DNA of 64,000 bases, taken from assembly GCA_030390025.1 (NCBI GenBank), contig JASTWF010000048.1, positions 930,001 through 994,000 of the forward strand. Direction: 5' to 3'. Shown here piece by piece: positions 32,695 to 46,217 of the stretch; positions within the stretch are counted from its first letter, which is position 1; every line of letters starts with the position of its first letter. Below the pieces are notes generated by a model, which saw only the letters and a list, made by a program, of their open reading frames with translations, was not told the DNA's origin and did not search any database. Both the position numbers and the translations under genes were made by a program. The DNA is from Squalus acanthias (taxonomy: Eukaryota).

Positions 32695-34909
32695 GTAAGT
32701 GAATAGACGCCTAACGTTAACAACGTTGATATAATGCACGAATTTATGCGGGGGTTGGGGGGGAAGTGAAAATATGGAATATTGTAAATGAATTTCGACC
32801 CTTTAACTTACGAAGAGAACTCGCGAGGATCGAATTCGTATTCACTGTAGGAAAGGAGATTGAGAGGGAACACGACGGAGGTTTTCTAAAATACACAGAA
32901 CACACAGAATTATTCAATGTGGCCTGTGAGAGCAGAACGAGAGCCAGAGAACTGAAAAAACATGGTACTCCATTACTCTGTGAACCGTTCTGGTCTCCAT
33001 GTTATACAATAATGTATATAGAGGCACTGGAGAATGTGACAAATATACAAGGGTGATAATGAGAGGTTATACACATCAGTAAAAATTGAATAGACTGGGG
33101 AACTTCTCTCTGGAAAAGAGAAGGCTGTGGGGGGTCTTGATAAACAGAAGAATCAGCAATGCTGATGCAAACAGAATTATTCAATGTGGCGTGTGAGGGC
33201 AGAACAAGAGTCACAGAACTGAAAAAAATACGATACTGTGCAGCTGTTCTGGTCTCCATTTTATAAAATATTGTACATAGAGTCACTGGAGAAGGTGAAA
33301 GATATACAAGGATGAAAACATAGGAACATAAGAAATAGAAGCAGGAGTAGGTCTTTTGGCCCCTCGAGCCTGCTCCGCCATTCAGTCAGATAATGGTTGG
33401 ACTGATCTTGGCCTCAACGCCACGTTTCTGCCTTTTCCCCATAATCTTTGAGTCCCCTATAGTTCAAAAATCCGTCTATCTCCGCCTTGAATATATTAAA
33501 TGACCCAGCCTCCACAGCTGTCTGGGGTAGAGAATTCCAAAGATTCACGACACTCTGAGAGAAGAAAGGAGAGGTTAAAAATATGATTAAACACTGAATA
33601 GACTGGGGAACTTTCGAAAAGAGAAGGCTGAGGGGTGTCCTGATAGAGGTCTTTGGGATTATGCAGGGGTTTGATACGGTAGACGTAATAGAAGATGTTT
33701 CCTCTTGTGGGAGATCATAAAACTAAGTGGCCATGAATATAAGTTAGTCACGAATAAATCCAATAAGAAATTGAGGAGAAACTAATTTCCCCAGGGACTG
33801 GTCAGAATCTGGATACTCGCTACCACAAGGAATACTTCAGCTGAATAGCATAGATTCATTCAAGGGGAATCTAGATTAACCCATGTGGAAGGAAGGAACA
33901 GAAGATTATGCTGATAGGGTTAAATGAGAAGGGGTGGGAGCAGGCTCGTGTGGAGCATAAACACCGGCATGGAACTGTTGTGCCGAATGGCCTCTTCCTG
34001 TGCTATAAAGTTCCATGTAATCCTTTGTAATTCCCGTTGACCTAAAGCGATTAACCGATTAACAACATTTAGAAGCAACAAAAGCGAACAATCTCTTACG
34101 GGGGAATGGGGATTGCAAGCTATATGGCCTAGGGGTGACATCAGCTGAAAGTCCAAGTGCAAATTTCACACTAACAAAAGCAGCTGCTCAGTGCTTTATA
34201 ATGGTGCATTTCAAGGTCAGAAGAGTGCAGAGTTTGGCGAAGTTTACTATCGGGAGGAGCATTGAGAGAAATTTTACAGTCTCCCCTATTTTCAGGTTAT
34301 TAAACGAACTGGACAGTGTTCGTGAGCTCGCGGATCTGTGGAAGGTGAGGCCTCCATGTGTCGAATGACCGTTCGCCATTCACCAGAATGATACCGGAGC
34401 TAGAAGAGTTACATTATGAGGACATGTTGCATTGAGTAGGCTTGTAGTACCTTGAGTATTGAAGATTAAGGGGCTGATCTAAATGGGGTGTTTAAGATGA
34501 TTAAAGGTTTTGATAGGGTAGATAGAGAGAAATGATTTCAGCTTGTGGGAGAGTCAAGAACAAGGGAGAATCGCAAACTGTTGAGGCTAGGGGTCAATTG
34601 TATCTTTCAAATCTGAGATTGATAGAGTTTAGGGTATTAAACTTTATGGAACCAAGGCGAGTTGATGGAGTTAAGTACAGATGAGCCATGATCTCAGTCA
34701 ATGGCGGAACAGGGCCGATGGGCTGAACGGCCTACCCCTGCTCCTATGTTGTTATGTTCCTATGTTGCTATGTTGCTATGTTCCTATGTTCCCACGTTCC
34801 TTTGGTCCTCTGTTCCCATGTTCCTAAGCACTCCGTTGTTATGAAGGGCTCCCTCGGAACACCGATCACAGATAGGTAAGAGGTTTTAATACAAGGATTT
34901 ACCTTTGTG

Positions 34910-34959
34910 CTCTGCTGATATTTACTATTTCGGAGCAGGGACTAAATTGGCTGTTTTAG
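34910..34959 (+). CDS. TRBJ: J5 SADIYYFGAGTKLAVL
   Basis: RSS GGTTTTAAT/12/CTTTGTG (34882-34909); GTAAG donor. Confidence 0.92.
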
Positions 34960-34980
34960 GTAAGCTTACATATACATAAG

Positions 34981-34982
<2 letters not shown>

Positions 34983-35022
<40 letters not shown>

Positions 35023-35545
35023 AACTATCTATCTTTATATATATCCATTGTTCCATCTATCTCTCTGTCTGTCAGTCTGTCTCTCAGTCTCTCTGTCTAT
35101 CTATCTCTCTTTCTGTCCGGCTATCTTTCTATCGATCTTTATATCTATCCATCTATCTATCTGTCTATCTATCCATCTCGCTATCTCTCTATCTCTCTCT
35201 CTATGTCTCTCTCTATCTCTCTCGCTCCGTCTTCTCCATCTCTCTCTCTCCNNNNNNNNNNNNNNNNNNNNNNNNNNNNNNNNNNNNNNNNNNNNNNNNN
35301 NNNNNNNNNNNNNNNNNNNNNNNNNNNNNNNNNNNNNNNNNNNNNNNNNNNNNNNNNNNNNNNNNNNNNNNNNNNNNNNNNNNNNNNNNNNNNNNNNNNN
35401 NNNNNNNNNNNNNNNNNNNNNNNNNNNNNNNNNNNNNNNNNNNNNNNNNNNNNNNNNNATCTCTCTCTATCTCTATTTATCTCGCCATCTCTCTCTTTCT
35501 CTATCTATCACTCTATCTAACTATACATATATATGTATATGTATC
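34983..35545. repeat. (AT)n / (CT)n / (CTAT)n microsatellite with N-run 35252-35458
   Basis: Direct reading. Confidence 0.9.
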
Positions 35546-35618
35546 TATCCATGTTTTTTGTTCGGCTGTATATCTGTTGACCCAACTTTGTGTTTTGGTA
35601 CTGTTGTTTAGTGTAGTG

Positions 35619-35674
35619 CGGCGGGAATAACAACCCTTTACATTTTGGAGAAGGGTCGACGTTAACGATTTTGG
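35619..35674 (+). CDS. TRBJ: J6 GGNNNPLHFGEGSTLTIL
   Basis: RSS TGTTTTGGT/12/TGTAGTG (35591-35618); GTGAGT donor. Confidence 0.9.
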
Positions 35675-36015
35675 GTGAGTTCGAAAAAAATTGAATGCAG
35701 CAAGGATAGCCGCTTTCATCCTGCACGCAAAATGTATTTAAAAATTAGGAAGAATTCATCCAAAGAGTAAATCTTCCAGTATTCTCAGGACTGTAACTGT
35801 GGACAACTGACAACATGGTTCACACACAGACAGATAGAAGGTATTGGGAACGCTGTTCGTTTTAATTGCAAACCTCCTGGTTCGTTTATGAGTTCGCGTT
35901 TGTTTATGGTTAGCTCCCGTTAGCCAAAGGTCAATATAAAATATTAATGAGAGGGGCAATGAGTATTGCCAGGAGACTGTTGAGGAATGTTTTTGTGATG
36001 TGACATAATGATGTG

Positions 36016-36073
36016 GGTGCAGGGACTGGCCAACCTTTGAATTTCGGTGATGGTACTACGTTAACGGTTCTGG
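36016..36073 (+). CDS. TRBJ: J7 GAGTGQPLNFGDGTTLTVL
   Basis: RSS TGTTTTTGT/12/TGATGTG (35988-36015); GTGAGT donor. Confidence 0.9.
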
Positions 36074-36538
36074 GTGAGTATGATATTGGTCAAAATATAT
36101 CAGTTAACAGCTGCTAATGGGCTCAATAAGCACTGAATCTGTCGACTGGTTGGCTCTCTTCAGTTTAAAGAAAAGGGAGACAATAAGTAATGTGGGAAAA
36201 GATTAAGCATTGTAATAAAGAAGCCAAAATTAAAACAACTAAACGTGGGGGCAAAGCTAGGCGGTTTGGGGGAGGGATGGCGAGAGAGGAAGAGGCAACC
36301 AGGTATACAGAGAGACAGGCGGGCAGAAAAATGCAGACAGAACGGGAGGGAGATAGGAAGTAGAGACAGACAGAAGGAAAGATGCAGAGACGAGGAGAAA
36401 AAGTTTAACAAAAAGAGACAGAGAGCAATAGGGCGGGATAATGAGTGTAAGACAGTACAAAACGATCAACTGTGCTTATCAGTAGGTGTTTAGAGAGATA
36501 AAGAGTCACTAGTTTTGTTACGACAGTGTAACATTGTG

Positions 36539-36591
36539 TTCAGGAAACTACGATTATACATTTGGCGATGGTACAAAACTCGTGGTTTTAG
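36539..36591 (+). CDS. TRBJ: J8 SGNYDYTFGDGTKLVVL
   Basis: RSS AGTTTTGTT/12/CATTGTG (36511-36538). Confidence 0.93.
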
Positions 36592-37955
36592 GTAAGTGAT
36601 AAAGAGCCAAACTGGCTCTTCAAATTAAAGTGGTGTCAGCGAGAATCATTTCGAGAAGGCTGATAGAGCATTGCCTCATTGAAATTTAAAATGGTTGAAG
36701 CATAGCTACAGAGCCATGGGCCTGATACATGAGTATGGCCCTAATCATATTTGTGTTCCCGTTCCATCGATTGCTTCCGAGCCAGAAGAACATAACAAAT
36801 AGGAGCAGGAGTCGGCCATTTGGCCCTTCGAGCCTGCTCCGCCATTCAATAAGATCATGGCTGACCTTCTACCTCATCAGCACTTTCCTCAACTATCCCC
36901 ATATCCCTCGATTCCCTTAATACTCACATAATAGCCCTGTGTAGAATATCCACTATTTCATGAAATAAAATCACTGGCCTATTGTACGTGTGGAACTCGA
37001 CATTTGATAACTGCCTAGGTTATCTGAGGCTGAATGACCTACTTCAGTTCCTGACGTTCCTGAAACGGTTGCACGCGAGTTGATGATAGGAGTGAGGTAG
37101 TGGGACAAATCGATTACAAAAGCGTCGAGGTTTAGAATGATTGATTAAGGATTCACGTGGAGTTGGGCAAGTAAGCTTTGTTTAACCTTTATAAATCACT
37201 GGTTAGGTCCCAGCTGGAGTGTTGTGTCCAATTCTTGGGGACCACACGTTAGCAACGATGTCAAGGCTTTAGAGAGGGTGTAGAAGAGATTTACTGGAAT
37301 GGTACCAGGGATGAGGGATTTCAGTTATGTGGCGAGACTGGAGAAGCTGGGATTGTTTTCCTTCGAACACAGAAGGTTAAGGGGAAACCTAATAGAGGTA
37401 TTCTTAGAGCGGAGCAGGTTAAGGGGAGATTTATTAGAGGTGTTCGAAATAATGACGATTTTGAATGGAGTAAATCGTCAGAAATAGTTTCAATTGGTCA
37501 GTAACCAGAGCACACAGATTTAAGACAAAAGAACCAGAGGCGAGATGAGGAGACTTTTTTTTACGCAGGAAGTTGTTGTGATCTGGAATGCACTGCCTGA
37601 GAGGGTGGTGGAAGGAGTTTCAAAAGAAACTTTCAGAAAAGGATTTGGATAAATACTTGAAGGGGGAAAACATTTTAAGGTCTTAGGATAAATGGCAGGA
37701 CAGTGGGACTCATTGGACAGCTCTTCAAAGAGCCAGCACAGGAAATATGGGTCGAATGTCCTTCTGTGCTTTTGCATCTATGATTCTGTGATTCCATGTC
37801 CTTGTTTATGAATCACAAATATAGAATTGCGAATATATAAATTAAATTAAAGAGTTGAAATCAATAAACGTTGAAGAGAGCAAGGGCCAAGTGTAATACA
37901 GGGCAGGAACCCTGCCTTGCCTCCTGAGGTTTTGATACGAGGGTCTCTCACTGTG

Positions 37956-38005
37956 TTCTGGAACTGAATATCACTTTGGAAGCGGGACCAAGTTGGTCGT
38001 GATAG
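37956..38005 (+). CDS. TRBJ: J9 SGTEYHFGSGTKLVVI
   Basis: RSS GGTTTTGAT/12/CACTGTG (37928-37955). Confidence 0.93.
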
Positions 38006-38331
38006 GTGAGTCGAGAGATGTTAAGTCAACTCTGAAAATGCATGCTGTCAAAGCTGATTGGAAAGAGCTTTAAGATTCCGGGCCCATTGCAGAAAGACTG
38101 TTTGTTTACGGTGCCTTTAAGATATGGACGCTGGCAGGCTAGTGAACAGAGAGACAGAGACAAGGGTCAAGACTGATTCTTGAACTGTATGCAAGGAAAC
38201 GCGTTTATAAAGGGGAAATTACTCACGTTTAGCTTGTTATGGACACCCAAACATGACCTTTATCGTTCCCCCAAATAATCCGCACTCCATTAGAGGCCAG
38301 ATTAGTTTTGCTATTGGGTTGAAACACTGTG

Positions 38332-38384
38332 CTCTGGAGGCTACGATTATTTCTTTGGTGACGGGACTAAGCTGACGGTGTTGG
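38332..38384 (+). CDS. TRBJ: J10 SGGYDYFFGDGTKLTVL
   Basis: RSS AGTTTTGCT/12/CACTGTG (38304-38331). Confidence 0.93.
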
Positions 38385-39074
38385 GTGAGTTGAAGATTTG
38401 AAAAAAGCCGTTTGCAGTTGATGCCGTTTATAGTTTTCGGTTTGCAACTGAAAAAAATGCGTTGGAAAATAGATCATTTCGCCTTAGTTCTAAAACAAAC
38501 ATTTTTATGCCAGCAATCCGCATGAGCATTAAAACCAGGCTTCACTGAAAAAATCATAACTGGTGCTTCAATGCAAAATTTACAGAGAAAGATGTTACTA
38601 TTCTCAGAGGACAGATCACATTTTTGTAGGTTGTTGATTTCCAAAAATGAATATAATCGTTCTTCCCAAAAAATGAAAGCAAAACAGTACCGTTATTACA
38701 TAGAGTACGGCACAGAAAGCGGCCATTCGGTCCAACTGGTCTGTGCCGGTGCTTATGCTCCCCACGAGCCTCCTCCCATCCATACTTCATTAAACCTTCT
38801 ATTCCTTTCCCCCTCATGAGTGTATCTAACATTCCCTTCTATATATCTATGCTGGTCGCCTCAACCACTCCCTGTGGTAGAACATTCCACATTCTTACCC
38901 CTCTCTGGGCAAAGAAGTTTCGCTGAATTACTTATGATGAATTTGTCATGAACATAATTATGTCCTCACTATAAAGACTCGAATGGACAGCAGGTTGCGT
39001 GTTGAGCTTTGCATCAATGCACTAGCTCCGTTCCTCTTAGACCTGTAGTTTTGCTACAGTCCTGTAACACTGTG

Positions 39075-39127
39075 TACAGGAAATAATCCGTATTACTTTG
39101 GCGAAGGTACAAAACTGGTCGTTTTAG
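39075..39127 (+). CDS. TRBJ: J11 TGNNPYYFGEGTKLVVL
   Basis: RSS AGTTTTGCT/12/CACTGTG (39047-39074). Confidence 0.93.
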
Positions 39128-39817
39128 GTAAGTCCGGAATTAAAGCTTTTGTCGTTTCCAATAATGTGGTCTCTTGCGTTTGTTAGATCAACTTAAATCC
39201 TGCGAATTACATCATACTCTAGAGTCTCCAGAATCACCTCGCTAACATACATTGGCAGCCCATCCGGCAACGACTCGATGTTAAAATTCTCCATCCTTTT
39301 TTTTCAAATCCCTCCGTGGCCTCGCTCACTCCCTATCTCTGCAATCTCCTCCAGCCCCACAACCACCCCCCCCCCGCACCCCGAGATCTCTGCTGTCCTC
39401 CAATTCTGGCCTTCCTGATTATAATCGCTCCACCATTGGTGGCCGTGCCTTCAGCTGCCGAGGCCCTAAGCTCTGCCATTCCCTCCCTAAACCTCTCCGC
39501 CTCTCTCTCCTCCTTTAAGATACAACTTAAAACCTACCTCTGTGAGCAAGCTTTTGCTCACCTGTCCCTATGATCTACGTAAGTGGCTCGCTGTCACATT
39601 TTGTTTGATAATACTCCTGTGAAGCGCGTTGGGACGTTTTACTACGTTAAAGACGCTATATAAATACAAGTCGTTGTTGTTGTAGAATGCATTATCGCTG
39701 CCTTTACATCACAGTTTAATAGTCTGTGAGCATACCGTTTGAGAATATCTCGCTGAAAACGGTGCATTTAAAATTGTTAAACAGTTGGTAGTTTTAACAC
39801 TGCCCTGTAGCACTGTG

Positions 39818-39870
39818 CTCAAATAGCTACGATTATACCTTTGGTGACGGGACCAAGTTAACGGTTTTAG
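39818..39870 (+). CDS. TRBJ: J12 SNSYDYTFGDGTKLTVL
   Basis: RSS AGTTTTAAC/12/CACTGTG (39790-39817). Confidence 0.93.
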
Positions 39871-39924
39871 GTAGGTAAACGATTCGAAGCTTTGTAGTAC
39901 AAATGCACAAATTACTGAAAATTC

Positions 39925-40600
39925 CGACACCGTTTAGCAAGGCCATAAATAAAGCAAACCAAGCACTAGGGTTTATTTCCAGTGGCATAGAATTGAAAAG
40001 TAGGGAAGTTATGCTAAACCTGTATCGAACCTTGTTTAGAGCACACTTAGAGTACTGCGAACAGTTCTGGCTCGCCATAGTATAAAAAGGATATAGAGGC
40101 ACTGGAGAGGGTGCAGAGACGATTTACAAGGATGAGACCAGAAATGCGAGGTGTACCTATCAGGAAAGGATGAACAGGCTGGGTCTCTTTTCTCTTGAAA
40201 AAAGAAGGCTGAGGAGTGAACTAATAGAGCTCTTTATAGTATGGAAGATTTCGATAGAGTAGATACAGAGAGAATATTTCCACTTGTTGGGAAGAGCATA
40301 AATAGAGGCCATCAATGTAAAATAGTCACCAAGAAATCCAATAGGGAATTCAGAAGAAACTTCTTTAACCAGAGAGTGGTGAGAATGTGGAACTCGCTAC
40401 CACAGGGAGTGGTTGAAGCGAAAAGAATAGAGGCATTTAAGGGGAGGCTGGACAAGCATATGAGGGAGAAGGGAATAGAGGGTTACACTGATTGATTTTG
40501 ATGAGGAAAGACGGGAGGAGGCTCGAGTGGACCATAAACGCCGGCATGGACTGTTTGGGCCGAATGAGCTGTTTCTTTGCTGTATCTCCGATGTAATCCT
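39925..40600 (+). mobile_element. CR1-type LINE 3' fragment
   Basis: ORFs KANQALGFISSGIELKSREVMLNLYRTL and ...RRNFFNQRVVRMWNSLP. Confidence 0.8.
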
Positions 40601-41458
40601 ATCTATTCATCTTACACGTTAATGGTTGCTAGGTTACCTCCAACGGGGGTAAGTTAGCCATAGGAACCAATTTCCAGCCAGCTTTAAAAGAGATTAATTG
40701 AGTTCCCTTTGAGAGTAACATGACTATTGTAAAATCATACCATTCCATCTCCACTGGGATGAGCGTTAGCCGGATCTCCCTTAATCCAATTGACAGATCC
40801 TGTTCACAGTCAACGTATTAAGTGGTATTCAGTGCGAGTTTCTCCCTGACCCCAAACTAACACGGAGAGAGACACACATACCTCTCGTTGATCAGCTGAT
40901 CTTTGCATCATTCAGAATCTGGCATCTTGCTGGATCGGGGTATCTCACGGCATACGCCGTTAATTAGACATTTTTTCTTGCACCTTTCCAAAAACATGCG
41001 CCGTAAATAGCTGGAAGTGTGAGCTACTTACGGCGTGGCGAGGGCGAAGGGTCACCTGGGACCTCAGTGAAAGGCGAGACCAAGAGTTCTTAACGAAATG
41101 AGATTGAAGGATTGAGAAAGAAACAGAGGCATGCCTCAGAAGCAGGGTGAATTAGAGTCGAATCAGGTACAGATAGAGAAATAAAGAGACGGACAGAAAG
41201 ATTGGATTGCGAGAGAGAAAAAGCAGGCAGAATGTAAAAGTGAAGAAAAGATGTAAACATTTAAAATTTGACCGTTGTAAAATCTCTATCTCAGACTGAG
41301 ATGTATTGATTTTTGCTGGGTAATGGCATCCAGCGATAAAGGTGAGGTGCAGATCAAACATTAAATGGCAGAGCAGGCTCGAGGGGCTGAATGGCCTCCT
41401 CCTGGTGCTATAGCTTGTTTGGGTGTTAACAGTTTTGCAACGGGTGTGTAACACTGTG

Positions 41459-41514
41459 TTCGGGTAACAGCAAGCCATTGTATTTTGGTCAAGGAACCAA
41501 GCTCACAGTTTTAG
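41459..41514 (+). CDS. TRBJ: J13 SGNSKPLYFGQGTKLTVL
   Basis: RSS AGTTTTGCA/12/CACTGTG (41431-41458). Confidence 0.93.
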
Positions 41515-43062
41515 GTAGGTGATGGAAACAAAGTGTTGTTGATTCAACCTATTTGATAGTCTATTGTTATATTCTGCAATTGCCCATTACTCTTCAGGGT
41601 TCCAATTAACAATGAGAATATCTTCAATCTGATTCGACCGTGCATAAAATATTGAACAGTTCATGTGGGGGAGCCAAACCAGCAGGGAACTGCACTGGGA
41701 TGTTTAAAGTAGGATATTATGATGCAAAATTCTTCTTGCGTTTGGCTGATTTGTTTCGGAATTGGGAGAGATTTCTCATATTCCTTCCTTAGGAAAGTTA
41801 ATGGGTAGAGCAGAATCCAGGATAGAGGAGACTGCAGGCACTGAACCTAATGGCCAATCCATACTTTATGGGCTTGTGAGCAAAAATAAGCAAACAATTC
41901 GGAGATGTTGCCACTTAAGATTGTTACTTCGCACTAATTTATAAATATAAGTTATTTTTTAATTTTGTATTAACTAAGCTTTACCTGCCTTCATAATAAC
42001 AACAGAAAACGCAGGAAAAACTCAGCAGGCCAGGCAGCATCCGTGGAGAGAGATACAGAGTTAACGTTTCAGCTGGAAGACCTTTCGTCAGAACTGGAAA
42101 AAAGGAGAAAATGAAATAGATTTTAAAGCAAGTTTAGGGCTGGGAAAAGCGGGGGGGGGGGAGGATGAAAAAACAAAATGGATGGTCAGTGATAGGATAG
42201 AAAGCAGGAGAGATTAAGAGACAATATGAGATATACAAGGCAAGATGAGGTGGAAATGGGACAGGTTGAGGAACAAAGGATGGCTTTAGATGAAGTGTGA
42301 ATTATCTGCCTTCATCCATATAACACACAATCCCATTCTTAAACATATTGTTGTTAAGCATGTTATGATTCAGATCCTAAAACTGTGATCTTCTGGGTGA
42401 ATGTCCATTGTTAATAATTGCAGAATGGTGGAGTCTTTTACCAAACAGTAGATATCATTCTTGATCCAACCAATTAGATACTTTTTCGGATTAGAGAATC
42501 TTACAGCACAGAAGTAGTTCATTCGGCCCATCTTGCCAGTGCTGGCTCTGAGTCCCATTCATCCCTGTTCTTTCCACATAGCCCTGTAATTTTCTCTCAT
42601 CAAGTATTTACCAATTCTCTTTTACAAATTAAATATTGAATCTATTTCCACCACCCTTTCGAGCAGTCCCTTCCCATTCATATTAACTCACCGTGTAAAC
42701 AAATTTCTCCTAATCAAACCTCTTTTGCAATCACCTTAAACATATCTTCTCCTGTTTCGAAATCTCCCGCCAGTGGAAAAGTTTCTCCCTATCTACTCGA
42801 ACAAAACCTTTATTATTTTGAACACCTGTATTAATTCTCCCCTTGACCTTCACTGCTCTGAGGAGAACAATTCCAGCTTCTGCAGTCGCGCCTCATAACT
42901 GAAGTCCCTCATCCCTGGTCTCATTTTACTAAATCCCCTCTAGCGCCCTCTCCAAGGCCTTGACATCCTTCTTAAAGTGCAGTGCCCAGAATTGGAAACA
43001 GGGCTCCAGCTGGGGCCGAGCTAAGGATGTGGGTAGTTTTACTACCGGTTTGTAACATTGTG

Positions 43063-43118
43063 CTCTTCTGGGAGCTCGATCCCTTACTTTGGTTCGGGAA
43101 CTAAGCTGACAGTTCTAG
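43063..43118 (+). CDS. TRBJ: J14 SSGSSIPYFGSGTKLTVL
   Basis: RSS AGTTTTACT/12/CATTGTG (43035-43062). Confidence 0.93.
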
Positions 43119-44212
43119 GTAAGCACGAATGGATCTCAGTATTCAACGTTCATCTTCTTTCCTTGATTCATAATTGCCCAAAACTCACAAACCTAGAGGA
43201 ATACTGGAAAATTTGGGGTAAATTTGAATCTTAAGATGTAAAATTTACGAAGGCAGCGTTATGAAACAGTCAGGCTACAAGACGAATTGCCCCTGATTTG
43301 AAATCACCATCCTTTGCTAATTGTGGTTGTAATCATTGTTTATCCAAAGTGTATATCAAAGTATCCTTTATTCAAACTCTTAATTCATCTGAGTCCTTTT
43401 TTTTAATTTGCAGACGTTGAAAGCGCTAAGCTCCATAGTTCAGACCACCAACAGTGCTAAATTACATAGCGTTAGCAGCACCGAAACAGGCCATTCGGCC
43501 CACCTGGTCCATGCTGTTGTTTATGCTCCACACGAACCTCCTCCTACCCCGCTTCATATAACGCTATTACCACATCCTTCTATTAATTTCTCCCTCATGT
43601 GTTCAGCTAGCCTTCTCTTAAATGTATCTATGCTAGTGCCTCAATTACTCCACATTGCACATTCTCTCTACTCTCCGAGTAAAGAAGTTCCTCTTAAATT
43701 CGCTATTAGATTTATTGCTGACTATCTTATATTTATGGCCCCGAGTCCAGGACGACCCCACACGTGGAAACAGATTATCTACCTCTACCCGATCAAACCC
43801 TAGCATAATTTTAAAACCTCTATCAGTTCACCCCTCAGCCTTCTCTTTCCTAGACGAAAGATCACCAGCCTGTTCAGTCGTTCCTGATAGGTATAACCTC
43901 TCAGTTCAGATATAATCGTAATAAATGTTATTTGAATCTCCTCCAGTGCCTCTATATCCATTCTATAATATAGAGACCAGAACTATGAAATGTACTCCAA
44001 GTGTAATCTAACCAAAGTTTTAAATAGGTTTACCTTAATGTCTCTACTTTGAAATGCTATCCTTATAGAATTTAATATTTAGAGAAGGCCAGATAAATCA
44101 AGGCATTGCTGTTAGTTGAACAGATAATGTTCAAAAGTGTCAAAGAATCAGTTAAGCTTTTTCGTGTAATCATTAGGCTCCAGTAGTTTTGATACTGCTT
44201 TGTAACACTGTG

Positions 44213-44268
44213 TTCTGGAGGAAACACTCCTCTCTTCTTTGGCGATGGTACAAAATTAACAGTGTTGG
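44213..44268 (+). CDS. TRBJ: J15 SGGNTPLFFGDGTKLTVL
   Basis: RSS AGTTTTGAT/12/CACTGTG (44185-44212). Confidence 0.93.
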
Positions 44269-45488
44269 GTAAGTAAAACTGAGCAATTTACTCTTCCATT
44301 GGCCAGTCTAAAGGCATTTAGTTTCACCAATGTAGAAACAAAAATGGAATGCTAAACTAACAGTGATTATGTTAAGTACTAAACACAGCAAGGAAAGACT
44401 GCTGTAAATTTAATAACAGATGGAGCTCAGTATTCAACGTTCATCTTCTTTCCTTGATTCATAATCGCCCAAAACTCACAAACCTAGAGGAATACTGGAA
44501 AATTTGGGGTAAATTTGAATCTCAAGATGTAAAATTTACGAAGGCAGCGTTGTGAAACAGTCAGGTTACAAGACGAATTGCCCCTGATTTGAAATCACCA
44601 TCCTTTCCTAATTGAGGTTGTAATCATTGTTTATCCAAAGTGTCCATCAAATAACCTTTATTCAAACTCTTAATTCTTCTGAGTACTTTTTTTTTAATTT
44701 GCAGTACTTTTAAGCGCTAAGCTCCATAGTTCAGACCACCAACAGAGCTGAATTACATAGCGTTAGCAGCACCGAAACAGGCCATTCGGCCCACCTGGCC
44801 CATGCTGTTGTTTATGCTCCATACGTACCTCCTCCTACCCCGCTTCATTTAACGCTATTACCGCATCCTTCTATTAATTTCTCCCTCATGTGTTTAGCTA
44901 GCCTTCCCTTAAATGTATCTAAGCTAGTCGCCTCAACTACTCCACCTTGCACATTCTCACTACTCTCGAAGTAAAGAAGTTCCTCTTAAATTCGCTATTA
45001 GATTTATTGCTGACTATCTTAATTTATGGCCCCGAGTCCAGGACGCCCCCCACACGTGGAAAGAGTTTATCTACCTCTACCCGACCAAACCCTACCATAA
45101 TTTTAAAAACCTCTATCAGGTAACCCCTCAGCCTTCTCTTTCCTAGAGAAAAGATCCCCAGCCTGTTCAGCCTGATAAGTATAACCTCTCAGTAGTAAAT
45201 GTTATTCGAATCTTCTCCAGTGCCACTATATCCAATCTATAATATAGAAAGCAGAACTATGAAACGTACACCAAGTGTAATCTAACCAAGGTTTTAAATA
45301 GCTTTACCTTAATGTCTCTACTTTTAAATGCTATCCTTCTAGAATTGAATAGGGTGGAGAAGGCCAGATAAATCTAGGCATTGCAGCTATTTGAACAGAT
45401 GATGTCTAAGGGTGTCAAAGAGTCAGAATAAGCTTTATCGTGCAATCATTAGGCCCCAGTAGTTTTGCTAATGCTTTGTAACACTGTG

Positions 45489-45544
45489 TTCTGGAGGAAC
45501 CACTACTCTCTTCTTTGGCGATGGTACAAAATTAACAGTGTTGG
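45489..45544 (+). CDS. TRBJ: J16 SGGTTTLFFGDGTKLTVL
   Basis: RSS AGTTTTGCT/12/CACTGTG (45461-45488). Confidence 0.93.
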
Positions 45545-46217
45545 GTAAGTAAAGCTGAGCCATTTACTCTTCCATTGGCCAGTCTAAAGGCATTTATTTT
45601 CACCAATGTAGAATGAAAAAGGGAATCCTAAACTTATAGTGATTATTTTAAGTATTAAACTCAGCATGGAAGGACTGCTGTAAATTTGATAACAGATGTA
45701 AATCCTTGTCAGCAATTATTGAAAAGAAACCCACATCCCGGATAGTCTGTACTAATCAAACATAGGACCAGGAGGTGAACATTCAGCCCCTTGAGCCTGT
45801 TCTGCCATTCAATTAGATCATGGCTGATCTGTGTTTTAACTTCATCTACCGGCATTTGGTTCCATAACCCTTAATAAAACTTACGCAACAAAAAATGATT
45901 GGATGTAATAAACAAAGTCAGAAACTAGTCAACGGCTTAGAATGAAGGATATCAGAGGGAAAATTCACCTAGTCTTTCTTCATGAACATAAATAAATGGG
46001 CTACACAAGGGATAGGGATTAGATCGTTGTTGAAACACTCTTTAAAATCAGGATTTATATCGAGAGGTCAGTAGCAAGCTTCAAACAGTTTAGCAATTTA
46101 ATCTATGCTTGCTTTATATACTCAGTTAATAAAGGGAACAAGGTACGGAATTGTCGGCCTAAGACAACGTTGAACTGTGAGGTCACCGTAGTTTTATGAT
46201 AGCAATGTAGCATTGTG

